Source: Thermodesulfovibrionales bacterium
GTDB taxonomy: Bacteria; Nitrospirota; Thermodesulfovibrionia; Thermodesulfovibrionales; UBA6898
Direction of reading: 5' to 3'
DNA: 62,482 nucleotides
Assembly (NCBI GenBank): GCA_044450345.1
Contig: JBIOIY010000010.1
Coordinates: 1-62,482, forward strand
Position 1 is the first letter of the stretch, and each line of letters starts with the position of its first letter. The notes beneath the pieces are model-generated. The model was not told the DNA's origin. It did not search any database and saw nothing but the letters and a program-made list of their open reading frames with translations. The position numbers and the translations under genes are program-made. Below, piece after piece: positions 8,010-17,723 of this stretch.

Positions 8010-9539
8010 TCAGCCTTCGACGAGGTCTTTCTGCGTTACCCTCAGGACTTCTTCTACCGTAGTTATCCCCTTCAATACCTTTTCGAAGCCATCGTTTCTC
8101 AACGTCTTCATCCCGCCGGAAACGGCCGCACTCTTAATGCTCTGCGAGTCGATCTTGTCGGAAATCATCTGCCGTGTCGAATCGGTTATGATCAGCGTTT
8201 CAAAGATCGCGGTCCTTCCGAGATATCCCTTTCCCTGGCATTTATCGCAGCCCCTGCCTCGATATAAGGTAAAGGCGCCCCCACGAGGAGCATTTTCGAA
8301 ATAAGACCTCTCGATCTCTGAAGGGGTATAGGGTTCTTTACAATGAGGACAGATGACCCTCACCAACCTCTGTGCCAGGACCGCCATCAGAGACGAGGCA
8401 ACGAGGAAGGGCTCGACCCCCATGTCTATGAGCCTCACGATCGCGGAGGGCGCATCGTTCGTGTGAAGGGTGCTCAGCACGAGATGGCCGGTGAGAGACG
8501 CCTGGATAGCGATCTCGGCTGTTTCTACGTCCCTTATCTCTCCCACCATTATGACGTCGGGGTCCTGCCTGAGTATCGACCTGAGGCCAGATGCGAAGGT
8601 CAAGCCGATCTTCGGATTTACATGGATCTGCCCGACACCTTTCAACTGGTATTCGACCGGGTCCTCGACTGTGATGATGTTCTTCTCTTCGGTATGGACC
8701 CTGTTGAGTGCCGCATAAAGGGTAGTCGACTTGCCGCTTCCTGTGGGGCCTGTAACGAGTATGATGCCGTTCGTCCTCTTAAGGAGTTCTTCGAGACGCT
8801 TCTCGTCGGTTTCGTCCAGACCTACCTCCCAGAGCCCTATCAGGCCCTGTTTCCTGTCCAGGAGCCTGAGGACGGCGCGCTCCCCGAAGCTCGTGGGGAT
8901 CACCGACACCCTGATATCGATGTCCCGGCCGCCGATGAGGAGCCTTATCCTTCCGTCCTGCGGCAGCCTCTTCTCTGCAATATCGAGGTTCGACATGATC
9001 TTAACGCGGCTTATGAGTGCGTCCTGGATTATTTTTGGAGGAGTCAGCACACGGTGGAGTATCCCGTCGACCCTCATCCTCACGTCGAGTTCTTTTTCAT
9101 AGGGCTCGATATGGATATCGCTCGCCCGTTCCTTCACCGCCTGCTGGAGTATGGCGTTCAGGAGCCGGATGATCGGCGCATCCTCGGTAAGTTCCAGGAT
9201 GTCCTTCGGTTTTTCGAACTCTGTTGCAACGGACGAAAGGTCTTCGCCCGTGATATTGTCCATCACGTCCTCTGCCGATGAGCCGACCTGACCGTAGAAC
9301 CTGTTGATCGCATCTATGACCACCCCCGCCGAGGCACTGAGCGGCATCGGGGAAAGGCCGAAATGCCGCGACAATTCCCTGAGGGCGAGGACCCCTCTTT
9401 CGTCCGCGACGGCCGCTATCAGATGCCCGTTTTCCCTTCTGAGCGGCATGAGCATATTGGCCTTTGCATAAGAATGGGGGACTTCCTTGATGAGGGGATG
9501 CTCTACATCTTCGTCGTGAATGACCGTGATGGTTTCCAT
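8010..9539 (-). CDS. gspE: T2SS ATPase GspE
   Basis: ASDIHIEP, Walker A GPTGSGKS, LRQDPDVIMVGEIRD, TGHLVLSTLH and a tetracysteine motif. Confidence 0.98.
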   Translation of the reverse strand: METITVIHDEDVEHPLIKEVPHSYAKANMLMPLRRENGHLIAAVADERGVLALRELSRHFGLSPMPLSASAGVVIDAINRFYGQVGSSAEDVMDNITGEDLSSVATEFEKPKDILELTEDAPIIRLLNAILQQAVKERASDIHIEPYEKELDVRMRVDGILHRVLTPPKIIQDALISRVKIMSNLDIAEKRLPQDGRIRLLIGGRDIDIRVSVIPTSFGERAVLRLLDRKQGLIGLWEVGLDETDEKRLEELLKRTNGIILVTGPTGSGKSTTLYAALNRVHTEEKNIITVEDPVEYQLKGVGQIHVNPKIGLTFASGLRSILRQDPDVIMVGEIRDVETAEIAIQASLTGHLVLSTLHTNDAPSAIVRLIDMGVEPFLVASSLMAVLAQRLVRVICPHCKEPYTPSEIERSYFENAPRGGAFTLYRGRGCDKCQGKGYLGRTAIFETLIITDSTRQMISDKIDSQSIKSAAVSGGMKTLRNDGFEKVLKGITTVEEVLRVTQKDLVEG

Positions 9540-9545
9540 CTTCCG

Positions 9546-11762
9546 CTACTTTATCGTAACGATGTAATTGGGCTCCGCGTACTCGACCTCAGGCAGGTCC
9601 GAGAATTCCTTTACGGCGTCTTCTACGGACTGTTTCTCCTTCAACCTAAGGAGATACACCCGAATGTTATCCGTATACTTTATTACTTTTGCGCCTTTTT
9701 GGGAGATGATCGAACGGACCTTTTCCTCCGGGACGTTTTCTTTGAACTTCACCAAAAGCTCGCCTGAAACGAACCGATTGTTGGCCACGGCAAACTCCTT
9801 TTGTTTGTCCCTTGTAATTTCAGCGAGTCTGTCGGCTTCCTTGATGATATGAGGGTTTAGGAAGACGATCAGGTTTGTTTTATTCTTCGTTGTGTTTTTC
9901 GTTTTAAACAGCCAGCCCAGGAGGGGGATATCACCGAGGACCGGCATCTTTGTCGTCGTTTCCTCGTCGTTTTCCTGCATCAGCCCGCCGATGACGACGG
10001 TCTGGTTGTCCTTCACTACGACCGATGTCTTTGTGGAGCGCTTTGTGATGGTGGGGCCGACGCTGACGGTGAGCGCATCGGACTGGTTCTTCACCTGTGA
10101 AATCTCTTGATATATGTCGAGCTTGACATGATCTCCCTCGGTGATCTGAGGCGTGATCTTTAATATGACACCGACATCCTGCCTCACAATGGAATTGACA
10201 ATCCCCGAGACTGCAGTGTTGCTCGTGCTACTCGCGGCAACACCTAAGCCTGCAGTCGTCTGGCTCTGGGATATAAAGGGCACGTTCTCGCCGACCAGGA
10301 TTTCAGCCTCCTTGTTGTCCGAGGTCAGTATCTGGGGAGTTGAAAGTATATTCACTGAGTCTTTGAAATCGTTCAGACTGAATAAAACGGCGTAGCCCGG
10401 AATCTGGAGTGTCTGCTGGGTAGGCGTGCCGCTGGAGTCGACCGTCGTAATAGGCACTTTAAGGAAGTTTCCCAGCCCTCCCATGGTCGCGCCCTGAAGC
10501 CCCTGCAAGATATTCTGTAATGCCGTTTGGTCTATCGTACCGAACCCGCCTATCGCGACGGGTGAGCCGCCTTTTGTCGCCGTCGCCCTCCATTGGGTGC
10601 CGAGGTTCCTCAACTTGTCCATCGAGGCCTCGATGATCATCGCCTCGACGTAGACCTGCCTTCTCCGTTTGTCGAGTTGCCTGATTATCTGGGACAGGTT
10701 TTGATAATCGGCAGGCGATGCGACAACAACCAGGGCATTCGACGCCTTGTCGGAGGTAATCGTGATACCCCCTGCAGCCTCGAAGGGCGCCGCCGCACCT
10801 GGTGCGCCTGCAGGTTGTTTAGATCCCTGCATGCCCCTGATCATTCCCTCAAGGACTTTCCCGAGCTCGGTTGCGTCCGCGTTTTCGAGGAAGAAGACGT
10901 TTATCCTTCCCTGTGCCTCAGGGGCAGGGGTATCGATAAGTGAGATGAGGGCCTTCATGGATTCCCTTCCGCCTCTATCGCCAAAGAGGATGACTGCGTT
11001 AAGCCTCTGGTCCGGGACGGCAGATGCTATTTCTATCCCTGTCTGTTGTCCTGGAACGGCCCTTGTCTTGGCCTTCCCCATCCCGTCATTGAGGATCTTT
11101 GAGACCGTGTCGGCGCTCGAGTATTTGAGGAGGATGACCTCGGGCATTTCGGCCGCCGACGGTTTGTCGATAAGCTCCACGAGGGACAGGATCTTTTCCA
11201 CGTTCAGTCCCGAATCGATCACAAGGAGTAGGTTGCCGGGGCCGAATATCGAAATATGGCCGTCCTTGGATACAAGCGGCTGGAGAAATCGGAGCGCTTC
11301 GTCGGCCGAGACGTACCTGAAAGAAAGGAGCCTTGCGACATAGCTTTCGTTTATGGGCATGCCCTCTGTAGAGATCTGCAGACCCTGCTGTTTTGCCTCG
11401 ATTGCGGGGATTATCTTGTACACGTCGACCCCCGAGGGGACAACGGTGAACCCTTTCAGCTCCAGCACCGAAGTAAAGAGGCTGTATGCGTCGTCTATCG
11501 AGAGTTTGGAAGGGGCGATGATCGTTATCTTTCCTTTGACCTTGTCGTCGAAGATGAAATTCTTGCCTGTGATCTCACTGATGAACTTTGCGATGACCGG
11601 CAGTTCTACGTCGACAAAATTGAACGTCACGTTGTTCGATTTCTTTGTCTCCGCAGAGGACCCGGCAAGGACGGTCTGCCCGCCGACGGACAGGGTGAGC
11701 AGCAAGCAGATGATGGAAATAGACTTACGGCAGGTGGAGGCGAGATTGTCTAATCGTTTCAT
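9546..11762 (-). CDS. gspD: T2SS secretin GspD with a C-terminal subtilase-prodomain-like extension
   Basis: N0-N3 domains and a secretin core (QVYVEAMIIE, ILSTPQIL, KMPVLGDIPLLGWLF). The final ~76 aa read GELLVKFK...PEVEYAEPNY. Confidence 0.95.
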   Translation of the reverse strand: MKRLDNLASTCRKSISIICLLLTLSVGGQTVLAGSSAETKKSNNVTFNFVDVELPVIAKFISEITGKNFIFDDKVKGKITIIAPSKLSIDDAYSLFTSVLELKGFTVVPSGVDVYKIIPAIEAKQQGLQISTEGMPINESYVARLLSFRYVSADEALRFLQPLVSKDGHISIFGPGNLLLVIDSGLNVEKILSLVELIDKPSAAEMPEVILLKYSSADTVSKILNDGMGKAKTRAVPGQQTGIEIASAVPDQRLNAVILFGDRGGRESMKALISLIDTPAPEAQGRINVFFLENADATELGKVLEGMIRGMQGSKQPAGAPGAAAPFEAAGGITITSDKASNALVVVASPADYQNLSQIIRQLDKRRRQVYVEAMIIEASMDKLRNLGTQWRATATKGGSPVAIGGFGTIDQTALQNILQGLQGATMGGLGNFLKVPITTVDSSGTPTQQTLQIPGYAVLFSLNDFKDSVNILSTPQILTSDNKEAEILVGENVPFISQSQTTAGLGVAASSTSNTAVSGIVNSIVRQDVGVILKITPQITEGDHVKLDIYQEISQVKNQSDALTVSVGPTITKRSTKTSVVVKDNQTVVIGGLMQENDEETTTKMPVLGDIPLLGWLFKTKNTTKNKTNLIVFLNPHIIKEADRLAEITRDKQKEFAVANNRFVSGELLVKFKENVPEEKVRSIISQKGAKVIKYTDNIRVYLLRLKEKQSVEDAVKEFSDLPEVEYAEPNYIVTIK

Positions 11763-11768
11763 AGTCTA

Positions 11769-11800
11769 AGTATATTATTAAAAATGCCGTCTTAGGTCAA
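11769..11800 (-). promoter_or_regulatory. Putative internal sigma70 promoter for gspD (leaderless-type)
   Basis: TTGACC (11800-11795) is 17 nt from TAATAT. An overlapping TATACT lies 6 nt before the ATG, and there is no SD. Confidence 0.5.
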
Positions 11801-11818
11801 CACGACAGAGGGGAATGA

Positions 11819-12688
11819 TCATCTTATCTGGTAGGTCATCGTCATTCTCGCACCATTTCTTATAATATCGAGCTGGGCCCTGTCGATCCCCTTAAGGGCC
11901 GTGATCGCCTGGAGTGCGGTATCCGGGCTGGAAATACTATATTCGTTTATCCTGAGAAGCACGTCTCCGTTTTGGAGGCCGAGGCTCTGATAAAGGCCCC
12001 CCGGCTTCAACTCGCGGAGCACGAACCCCTGTTGTTTGCCCTCGGCCATGTTCGGTATGAACCTGGCATCGGTCATAAGCTGGTCCGGTTTTTCCAGTGC
12101 CTGCTGTATACGCTGCTGGTCGATGAGGTAGGTTGACTCGCCCGTCCTCTTCCCGAAGCTCGCAGCTGCCGGGCCGCCTGCCTTTACCTCCTTTATATCG
12201 GTCATGTCGGAGAACGGGACTTTAATGTCTCTGCCGTTTGACATTATTACGACGCTGTCTTTGTCGACTTTTCTGAGCGTTCCGAGACCGAGCACATTGT
12301 CCCCAACCTTGAAGATGTCCTGCTTTCCGGTCTTGTCCAGAAAAATGGCGTAGCTCCTGTCTTTCCTTCCCGCTATGGTGCCGATCAGGGCAAGGTCCGA
12401 CTGAGATATTGAAGTCCCTGATGAAGCTGAAAGGGGTTTGAGCTCCCCCGCCGGAAAACCGAAGGGATTGTTCTTCATCAGAGAGGCGTAGTCCTGGAAC
12501 TGCCGTTTCACCGGGCCCCGGACCTTTTTCTCCGACTTTGCCGGCGCCCCCTTCGGCGAGAGGGTCAGGGAAAGGAGGTCTCTTGTGAAAAGAAGGGTCG
12601 CAAGGAGGAGTAGTATCCCGACCATGCCATTGATAGCCTGAATGGCACCTTTGTTCTTCATGACGCGGGCCAGGCCTTTCAGTTCCAT
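11819..12688 (-). CDS. gspC: T2SS protein GspC with a PDZ domain (start 12688 or 12661)
   Basis: TM, HR domain (LIGTIAG...FKVGD) and PDZ (LGLQNGDVLLRIN). The track's start at 12706 falls inside the promoter. Confidence 0.9.
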   Translation of the reverse strand: MELKGLARVMKNKGAIQAINGMVGILLLLATLLFTRDLLSLTLSPKGAPAKSEKKVRGPVKRQFQDYASLMKNNPFGFPAGELKPLSASSGTSISQSDLALIGTIAGRKDRSYAIFLDKTGKQDIFKVGDNVLGLGTLRKVDKDSVVIMSNGRDIKVPFSDMTDIKEVKAGGPAAASFGKRTGESTYLIDQQRIQQALEKPDQLMTDARFIPNMAEGKQQGFVLRELKPGGLYQSLGLQNGDVLLRINEYSISSPDTALQAITALKGIDRAQLDIIRNGARMTMTYQIR

Positions 12689-12696
12689 CGACTTTG

Positions 12697-12725
12697 AACA
12701 TAACAAAAATAGCGGAAGTTGTCAA
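12697..12725 (-). promoter_or_regulatory. sigma70 promoter of the gsp operon
   Basis: TTGACA (12725-12720), a 17-nt spacer, then extended -10 TG-T-TATGTT (12702-12697). Confidence 0.7.
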
Positions 12726-13108
12726 AAAATGATATCTTGACACGCCCTATAGACTGTGATAGTTTTTTGTTAAAAGTCGCCGTCTGTAAAGATTTTTTCG
12801 GCAGAGAAGGGCATAACGGTCTGCGCCATATGGCGTACGGACGATTTGAGCCACTGGGTCTTTTTCATGGTGCCTATTTAAGTTAAGGGTCTCATGATCC
12901 GATCTTTGATATGAAAAGGCCGTTGCTTCGTAATTCTTATGGGCATCGGAATACTTTGTCCGGTATCTGCCATGCCGGCTAATTGGAAAGAAATATTTTG
13001 CCGAAAGGAGGGAGATGGCGTTATGAGTGTCTCTCTTAGGGAAATGACATGACCGGTAACTTGCTTATTTGCAGTTAAACATTTATTGGGATTCGAAAGG
13101 AGGGCTAA

Positions 13109-14371
13109 ATGCGGTGTATCGTGCGAAAGTTGTTTATTGCATCTGTTGTCTTTTTGTCTTTTCTTCTCGTCTCAACCGCAGTTCATGCTGACCCGTTCAA
13201 ATTCTCGTCTTCCACACAATTTTTGTGGGGTGACGATCTGCTCGGAGATCGCTCGGCTGTCATCGCACAGTACCTTAGGTTCACTTTTGCCCCCGAGGGG
13301 AAGCCGTACTCTGTTACCGGCTACGGGCGGCTCTGGAAGGACCTGGGCAGTCCCGAGGTGAGAAGCGACGACTTCGAGACAAGGGTTTATTATCTCTATC
13401 TCGATTATGCGCTCTTGCCCAATGTCTCCACAAGGATAGGGAGGCAGTTCACGAATTTCACTGCGGGCACATCTATCATGGACGGCATCAGGCTGGATGT
13501 GAATAAAATCGGACCCGTGGGTGTGACTCTCGCCGGAGGAAGGGATGTCACCTTCAGCCTCGACGGAGAATACTCAAGGAACGGAAATAATTTTTTTGGG
13601 ATCGACATTCACCTGCAGGACGTGAAATCGACCCAGCTGGGATTCAGCTATATCAGAAGATACGACGAGTCAGACCTTGCGAGGGAAGAACTCGGCATGA
13701 ATTTCAGATATTTTCTTAAGTTTGCCAGCCCCTATGCGGAAGTGAAGTATGACCTGCTTTCGAAGGTCTTCGACGATGCGACGATCGGCGTCGATGTCTT
13801 CCCGCTGAGTAACCTGAAGGTGAAGGCGGAGTTCTATCATTCCTATCCGACCTTCGATTCTACGTCTATTTACAGCGTCTTTGCGGTCGACAAGTTCCGG
13901 GAATATCTGATACTCGCAGAGTACAATCTGGCGATCCCGGTGAGCGTCTTCGCTTCCTACAAACGCCAGACGTACGAGGAGGATACGAACGCCGATGTGT
14001 ACACGATCGGTGCAAGGGCGTATCCCAATGAGAAACTCAACCTGAATGCCTCGTTCGATTACAGGAGAGGCTACAGCGGCTATGCCTTTTTCCCCGCCAC
14101 CGGGGTGACGGAAACTGACGGAAAATTGTACGGGTTCGAACTTTCCGGAGATTACAAGCTCAGGAAAGAGATCATTGTCTTTGCGGGCATCCAGTACGAT
14201 ACGTACAACAGGCCGGACATCTCCGGGAACAACTATGCGCGGCGTTACTGGGCAGGCGGCCGCTGGATTGCCACAAAAAAGCTTTCTGTCACGGCACGGC
14301 TCGAGGACGACGACAACCCGAATTTTTCTCACAGAATTTTGGGCCGGGTTGCCCTGGACTGGAATCTATAA
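13109..14371 (+). CDS. Outer-membrane beta-barrel porin of a porin-cytochrome complex (OmbB/OmbC-like)
   Basis: Signal peptide (AVHA-D), alternating aromatic beta strands, RIGRQF motif and terminal LDWNL. Directly precedes multiheme cytochromes. Confidence 0.85.
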   Translation: MRCIVRKLFIASVVFLSFLLVSTAVHADPFKFSSSTQFLWGDDLLGDRSAVIAQYLRFTFAPEGKPYSVTGYGRLWKDLGSPEVRSDDFETRVYYLYLDYALLPNVSTRIGRQFTNFTAGTSIMDGIRLDVNKIGPVGVTLAGGRDVTFSLDGEYSRNGNNFFGIDIHLQDVKSTQLGFSYIRRYDESDLAREELGMNFRYFLKFASPYAEVKYDLLSKVFDDATIGVDVFPLSNLKVKAEFYHSYPTFDSTSIYSVFAVDKFREYLILAEYNLAIPVSVFASYKRQTYEEDTNADVYTIGARAYPNEKLNLNASFDYRRGYSGYAFFPATGVTETDGKLYGFELSGDYKLRKEIIVFAGIQYDTYNRPDISGNNYARRYWAGGRWIATKKLSVTARLEDDDNPNFSHRILGRVALDWNL

Positions 14372-14386
14372 AGGAAAGGAGGGAAA

Positions 14387-15163
14387 ATGCTAAAAAAATT
14401 AATCATAATTATGACGATACTTTTTATATGCGGTTTTGCTATTACGGCGTGGTCTCTCACCTCGCATAAGGACTATTCCTCGATGGAGATCTCGGCATGC
14501 AACAGCTGCCATCAGTCGAACGGCGTGGCCCTGAATCACGGCCCCATGTGGGATAAAGAGCACAGACTCTATGCCAACAAGAAGCCTAATAATTGTCAGG
14601 ACTGCCATCAGCAGTCGTTCTGTCTCGATTGTCACCAAGGAGGCGGAATCGACGCCAACCTGCATTCATCGCAATCGGGACCCGATTACATGCCCAAGTC
14701 GCACCGGACCGATTTCAGGGAAATACACCCCATAAAGGCTAAGGAAAATCCGACTAGCTGCTATCGTTGCCATGACGCAAAGAGGTTCTGCCTGGAATGC
14801 CACAACAGGTTCAGCCCCAGCCAGCTTGCGATGGCTTCTCACAGGAGACAGTTCAGCGACATTAACCTCAAGTCGGTTGGTCCGAACCACACAATATTTA
14901 GCACTGAACAGTGTCCGACGTGCCATCCGAACAGCCTCGTCCCGACTCATCAGTGGTCTGCCGACCACGCGAGGGAGGCCAGGCGGAACCTGTCCACATG
15001 CCAGACATGCCATCCCGAGGGTGACGTATGCATGAAATGCCACAGCGCAGCCACGGGTTTGAAGGTGAACCCTCATCCGAGGAATTGGAGCGGCATTAAA
15101 GGCCGTCTCGGGAGTGCGAGCAACAACAGGTCGTGCTTAAAGTGCCATATCACGGTGCCGTAA
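14387..15163 (+). CDS. Periplasmic nonaheme c-type cytochrome (OmaB/OmaC-like)
   Basis: Signal peptide and nine CxxCH motifs (CNSCH, CQDCH, CLDCH, CYRCH, CLECH, CPTCH, CQTCH, CMKCH, CLKCH) in 258 aa. Confidence 0.92.
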   Translation: MLKKLIIIMTILFICGFAITAWSLTSHKDYSSMEISACNSCHQSNGVALNHGPMWDKEHRLYANKKPNNCQDCHQQSFCLDCHQGGGIDANLHSSQSGPDYMPKSHRTDFREIHPIKAKENPTSCYRCHDAKRFCLECHNRFSPSQLAMASHRRQFSDINLKSVGPNHTIFSTEQCPTCHPNSLVPTHQWSADHAREARRNLSTCQTCHPEGDVCMKCHSAATGLKVNPHPRNWSGIKGRLGSASNNRSCLKCHITVP

Positions 15164-15196
15164 GTGATTGCGAAAACTAAAGGAGGTAGAGATAAA

Positions 15197-17461
15197 ATGC
15201 CACGAACATCCAAAAAGGAGGGCAAAATGATTAAGTCGTCTCGAATCGTTACCGGCTCACTATTTCTTCTTATGGCATTATTTGCGTTGAACGGTTGCGG
15301 AAGCGGGCACCATGAAGGAGTGGAGAGCCCCCTCGGGTCTGCGACAAAGGTAGGGTCTGAAAGCTGTACTAACACGTGTCACGCCGACACAAAAGACATC
15401 ACGGGCAATAAGATTGCCGCGGTTTGGGCTGCTACCACCCATACCACGTCAGGCGGCGTGCAGTGCGAGGATTGTCATGGACCGGCCAGCCTGCACTGGG
15501 GCGTCGGCCCGATACTGTTTCCGGACCCTCAGGCTGCGCAGTGTAACGTTTGCCACGGCAAGACAGGCTTTGACGCTACAGCCCATGCGAACGCGCATAT
15601 CCCCGGCGGCTTCTTCGGCCCCGACAGTTTCTTCTTCCAGGGGGACGCCGGCACGGGTCCTGCCGATATCAGAGGCGTTCCTGAATTCCTGCCTGACGGC
15701 ATCACCCCTGTGACAAAGGCTCAGCATATCCAGGAATGCTCCGCATGCCACAATCCGAACGAAAGGTTCACTTTTAATATCGACGGGACTCTTACGAAGC
15801 CCGATCCGAACAACATGCCGAACCCTGTCGTCTCATGCGCTTCCTGTCACGATGCACACCAGCCTGAGCAAAGGGTTGCTATAGCACAGCGCGCCTCTGT
15901 GCAGGTTCCGATCTTCCGGAAGTTCTTTGTCAATGCCACCGGAGAGCAAAGCTTCGTTGCAGACCCATCAACAGGGAAAGAAAGTGCGACGGCCACCTCT
16001 TCACAACTTGCGGCCTCGCTATTTCAGCCTAACGGCGCGGTCCAGCTGAACGGCAGCGTGGACATGACTAAGGTCATCGGGACGAATAACGAACTGAACA
16101 TCCAGCGCCTCTGTGCCTCATGTCACACTGTGGGGAAATACTTATACAGTCAGACTGCGACACATCAGAACGACACCTATACGCAGTGGGCAAACTCAGC
16201 CCACGGCACGATGAGCGATCCCGCCTTTGCCGAGTTTTCGGCAAACCCACCTGCCTATATCAATCCCTTTACCGGGACCCCGTATGCTGCGGGTGGCCAC
16301 CAGAGTCTATGGCCCTATGATATGGCTTTTAGTGGAGGCGCCTCGTTCAACGGGCCGGGCAAGGTTGGCGCAACCGCAAGCACATCCCAGAATGCAGGGT
16401 TTGGAGGAACCAATGACAATTTTGCCTGCTACAGATGCCATAACGGGGTCGCTTCTATAGCATTCCAGCTGAATATCCAGGGGACGCCTGCCGCCCCCGT
16501 GATCTTCGGTGATGAAGCCGTGGTGTGTATCACCTGCCATGACCCTCACCAGAACTACCCCGGACAGACCTTGAACGTCCGGCAGCCGGTGATGATGACC
16601 AATTATTCGTCAACTTCCATTACTATCCAGGGTAATGTCTTCCTTGACAATACCCCTGTCCCGTTGGATAAGACAGGAAACGGCACGATCTGCATTTTCT
16701 GTCATCAGGGTCGGGAGAGTGGTCTTACCCTTTATGCCACGAAACTTGCCGCCGGCAAGAAGATCACTGGAAATTTCTTCAATCCTCATTATCTCGGCAC
16801 TGCAGCAATGATCTGGGGCGTCAATGCCTATGAATACGCGGGTCAATTATACAGCGCCAATGTGGCCCATCAGGGTGCAAACTGCCCGACCTGTCATATG
16901 AACAATCCGACAGCGGACAATCTTAATGGTGGCCATACCTGGACCCCGAATGTAGCGTCCTGCAATGTCTCATCCTGTCATGGAAGTTTTGGTGCGGTGA
17001 GCGCAAAAGCCGCCTCCCAGAGTCCCGACGTCGCGACGTACAGGGCCAGTTTCGACACGAACAACTATACGGGCGATGCCAACGGGGCTTCCCTGTCTAT
17101 AGCCAATTCGATACGGGTGCTCCAGCAGAAGGTGATCGCGGTGCTAAATACAAAGGGGATATTCTACAACGACCTGGTGTATCCTTACTTCTTTAGCGAT
17201 GCGGCATCAACGACAGCCTTTACTGCCTGGACACCTGCAACTTACAAGGCGGCCTTCAATATCTCCTTTGCTGTGAAGGGGCTCCCTTCCGCGGCAACCT
17301 CACAGGCCAACGTGCCGAATAATTCTGCAGCGGTGCACGACTATAAGTACATCATTCAGGTTCTGCAGGACGGATATGCTGACCTGACAGGCGCTCCTCT
17401 TGCGGGCGCTTTCAGACCTGCAGGGACACGGCCCGCGACTGTCTACGGCCCGGGTCAGTAA
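15197..17461 (+). CDS. Outer-membrane lipoprotein multiheme cytochrome, OmcB/OmcC-like, copy 1 (start 15197 or 15227)
   Basis: Lipobox LNGC; 9 CxxCH plus CTNTCH and CNVSSCH. The N-terminal pattern VG...C..CH...CEDCHG...H.GVGPI resembles Geobacter OmcB as I recall it. Confidence 0.88.
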   Translation: MPRTSKKEGKMIKSSRIVTGSLFLLMALFALNGCGSGHHEGVESPLGSATKVGSESCTNTCHADTKDITGNKIAAVWAATTHTTSGGVQCEDCHGPASLHWGVGPILFPDPQAAQCNVCHGKTGFDATAHANAHIPGGFFGPDSFFFQGDAGTGPADIRGVPEFLPDGITPVTKAQHIQECSACHNPNERFTFNIDGTLTKPDPNNMPNPVVSCASCHDAHQPEQRVAIAQRASVQVPIFRKFFVNATGEQSFVADPSTGKESATATSSQLAASLFQPNGAVQLNGSVDMTKVIGTNNELNIQRLCASCHTVGKYLYSQTATHQNDTYTQWANSAHGTMSDPAFAEFSANPPAYINPFTGTPYAAGGHQSLWPYDMAFSGGASFNGPGKVGATASTSQNAGFGGTNDNFACYRCHNGVASIAFQLNIQGTPAAPVIFGDEAVVCITCHDPHQNYPGQTLNVRQPVMMTNYSSTSITIQGNVFLDNTPVPLDKTGNGTICIFCHQGRESGLTLYATKLAAGKKITGNFFNPHYLGTAAMIWGVNAYEYAGQLYSANVAHQGANCPTCHMNNPTADNLNGGHTWTPNVASCNVSSCHGSFGAVSAKAASQSPDVATYRASFDTNNYTGDANGASLSIANSIRVLQQKVIAVLNTKGIFYNDLVYPYFFSDAASTTAFTAWTPATYKAAFNISFAVKGLPSAATSQANVPNNSAAVHDYKYIIQVLQDGYADLTGAPLAGAFRPAGTRPATVYGPGQ

Positions 17462-17486
17462 TAACGTAGTAGTGTAATTTCGTAAC

Positions 17487-17519
17487 GGGGCCCCGGAGTA
17501 ATCCGGGGCCCTCTTTTTT
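17487..17519 (+). terminator. Intrinsic terminator after cytochrome 1
   Basis: GGGGCCCCGGA-GTAA-TCCGGGGCCCT followed by a T run. Confidence 0.85.
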
Positions 17520-17521
17520 CG

Positions 17522-17548
17522 GTGCGCCCGGCATGGGCGCATGCTTGG
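17522..17548 (+). mobile_element. 5' stub of a group IIC intron
   Basis: GTGCGCCCGGCATGGGCGCA matches the class C group II intron 5' end. It lies right after an intrinsic terminator, the known IIC target. No RT ORF or domain V was seen. Confidence 0.65.
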
Positions 17549-17723
17549 TCTGAGTCGTGTCTTAATGCACCGGCGCCGGACCCGGACCCAAAAAACCCAG
17601 CTTAATTTTTTTCTACCCCTTTTTTGCAGAATATTTATAATATATGCCTGGACTTGTTTTGGATTATGAAAGGTAGATTCTGAAGAGGTCACATAATGGA
17701 TAACTTTTTTATGAGGAGGGAAT

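Noticed and set aside
3479..9539. Type IV pilus or Tad locus
   Set aside because: The GspG signature, GspK, GspC-PDZ, GspN and the C-to-N gene order identify a T2SS; there is no PilT.
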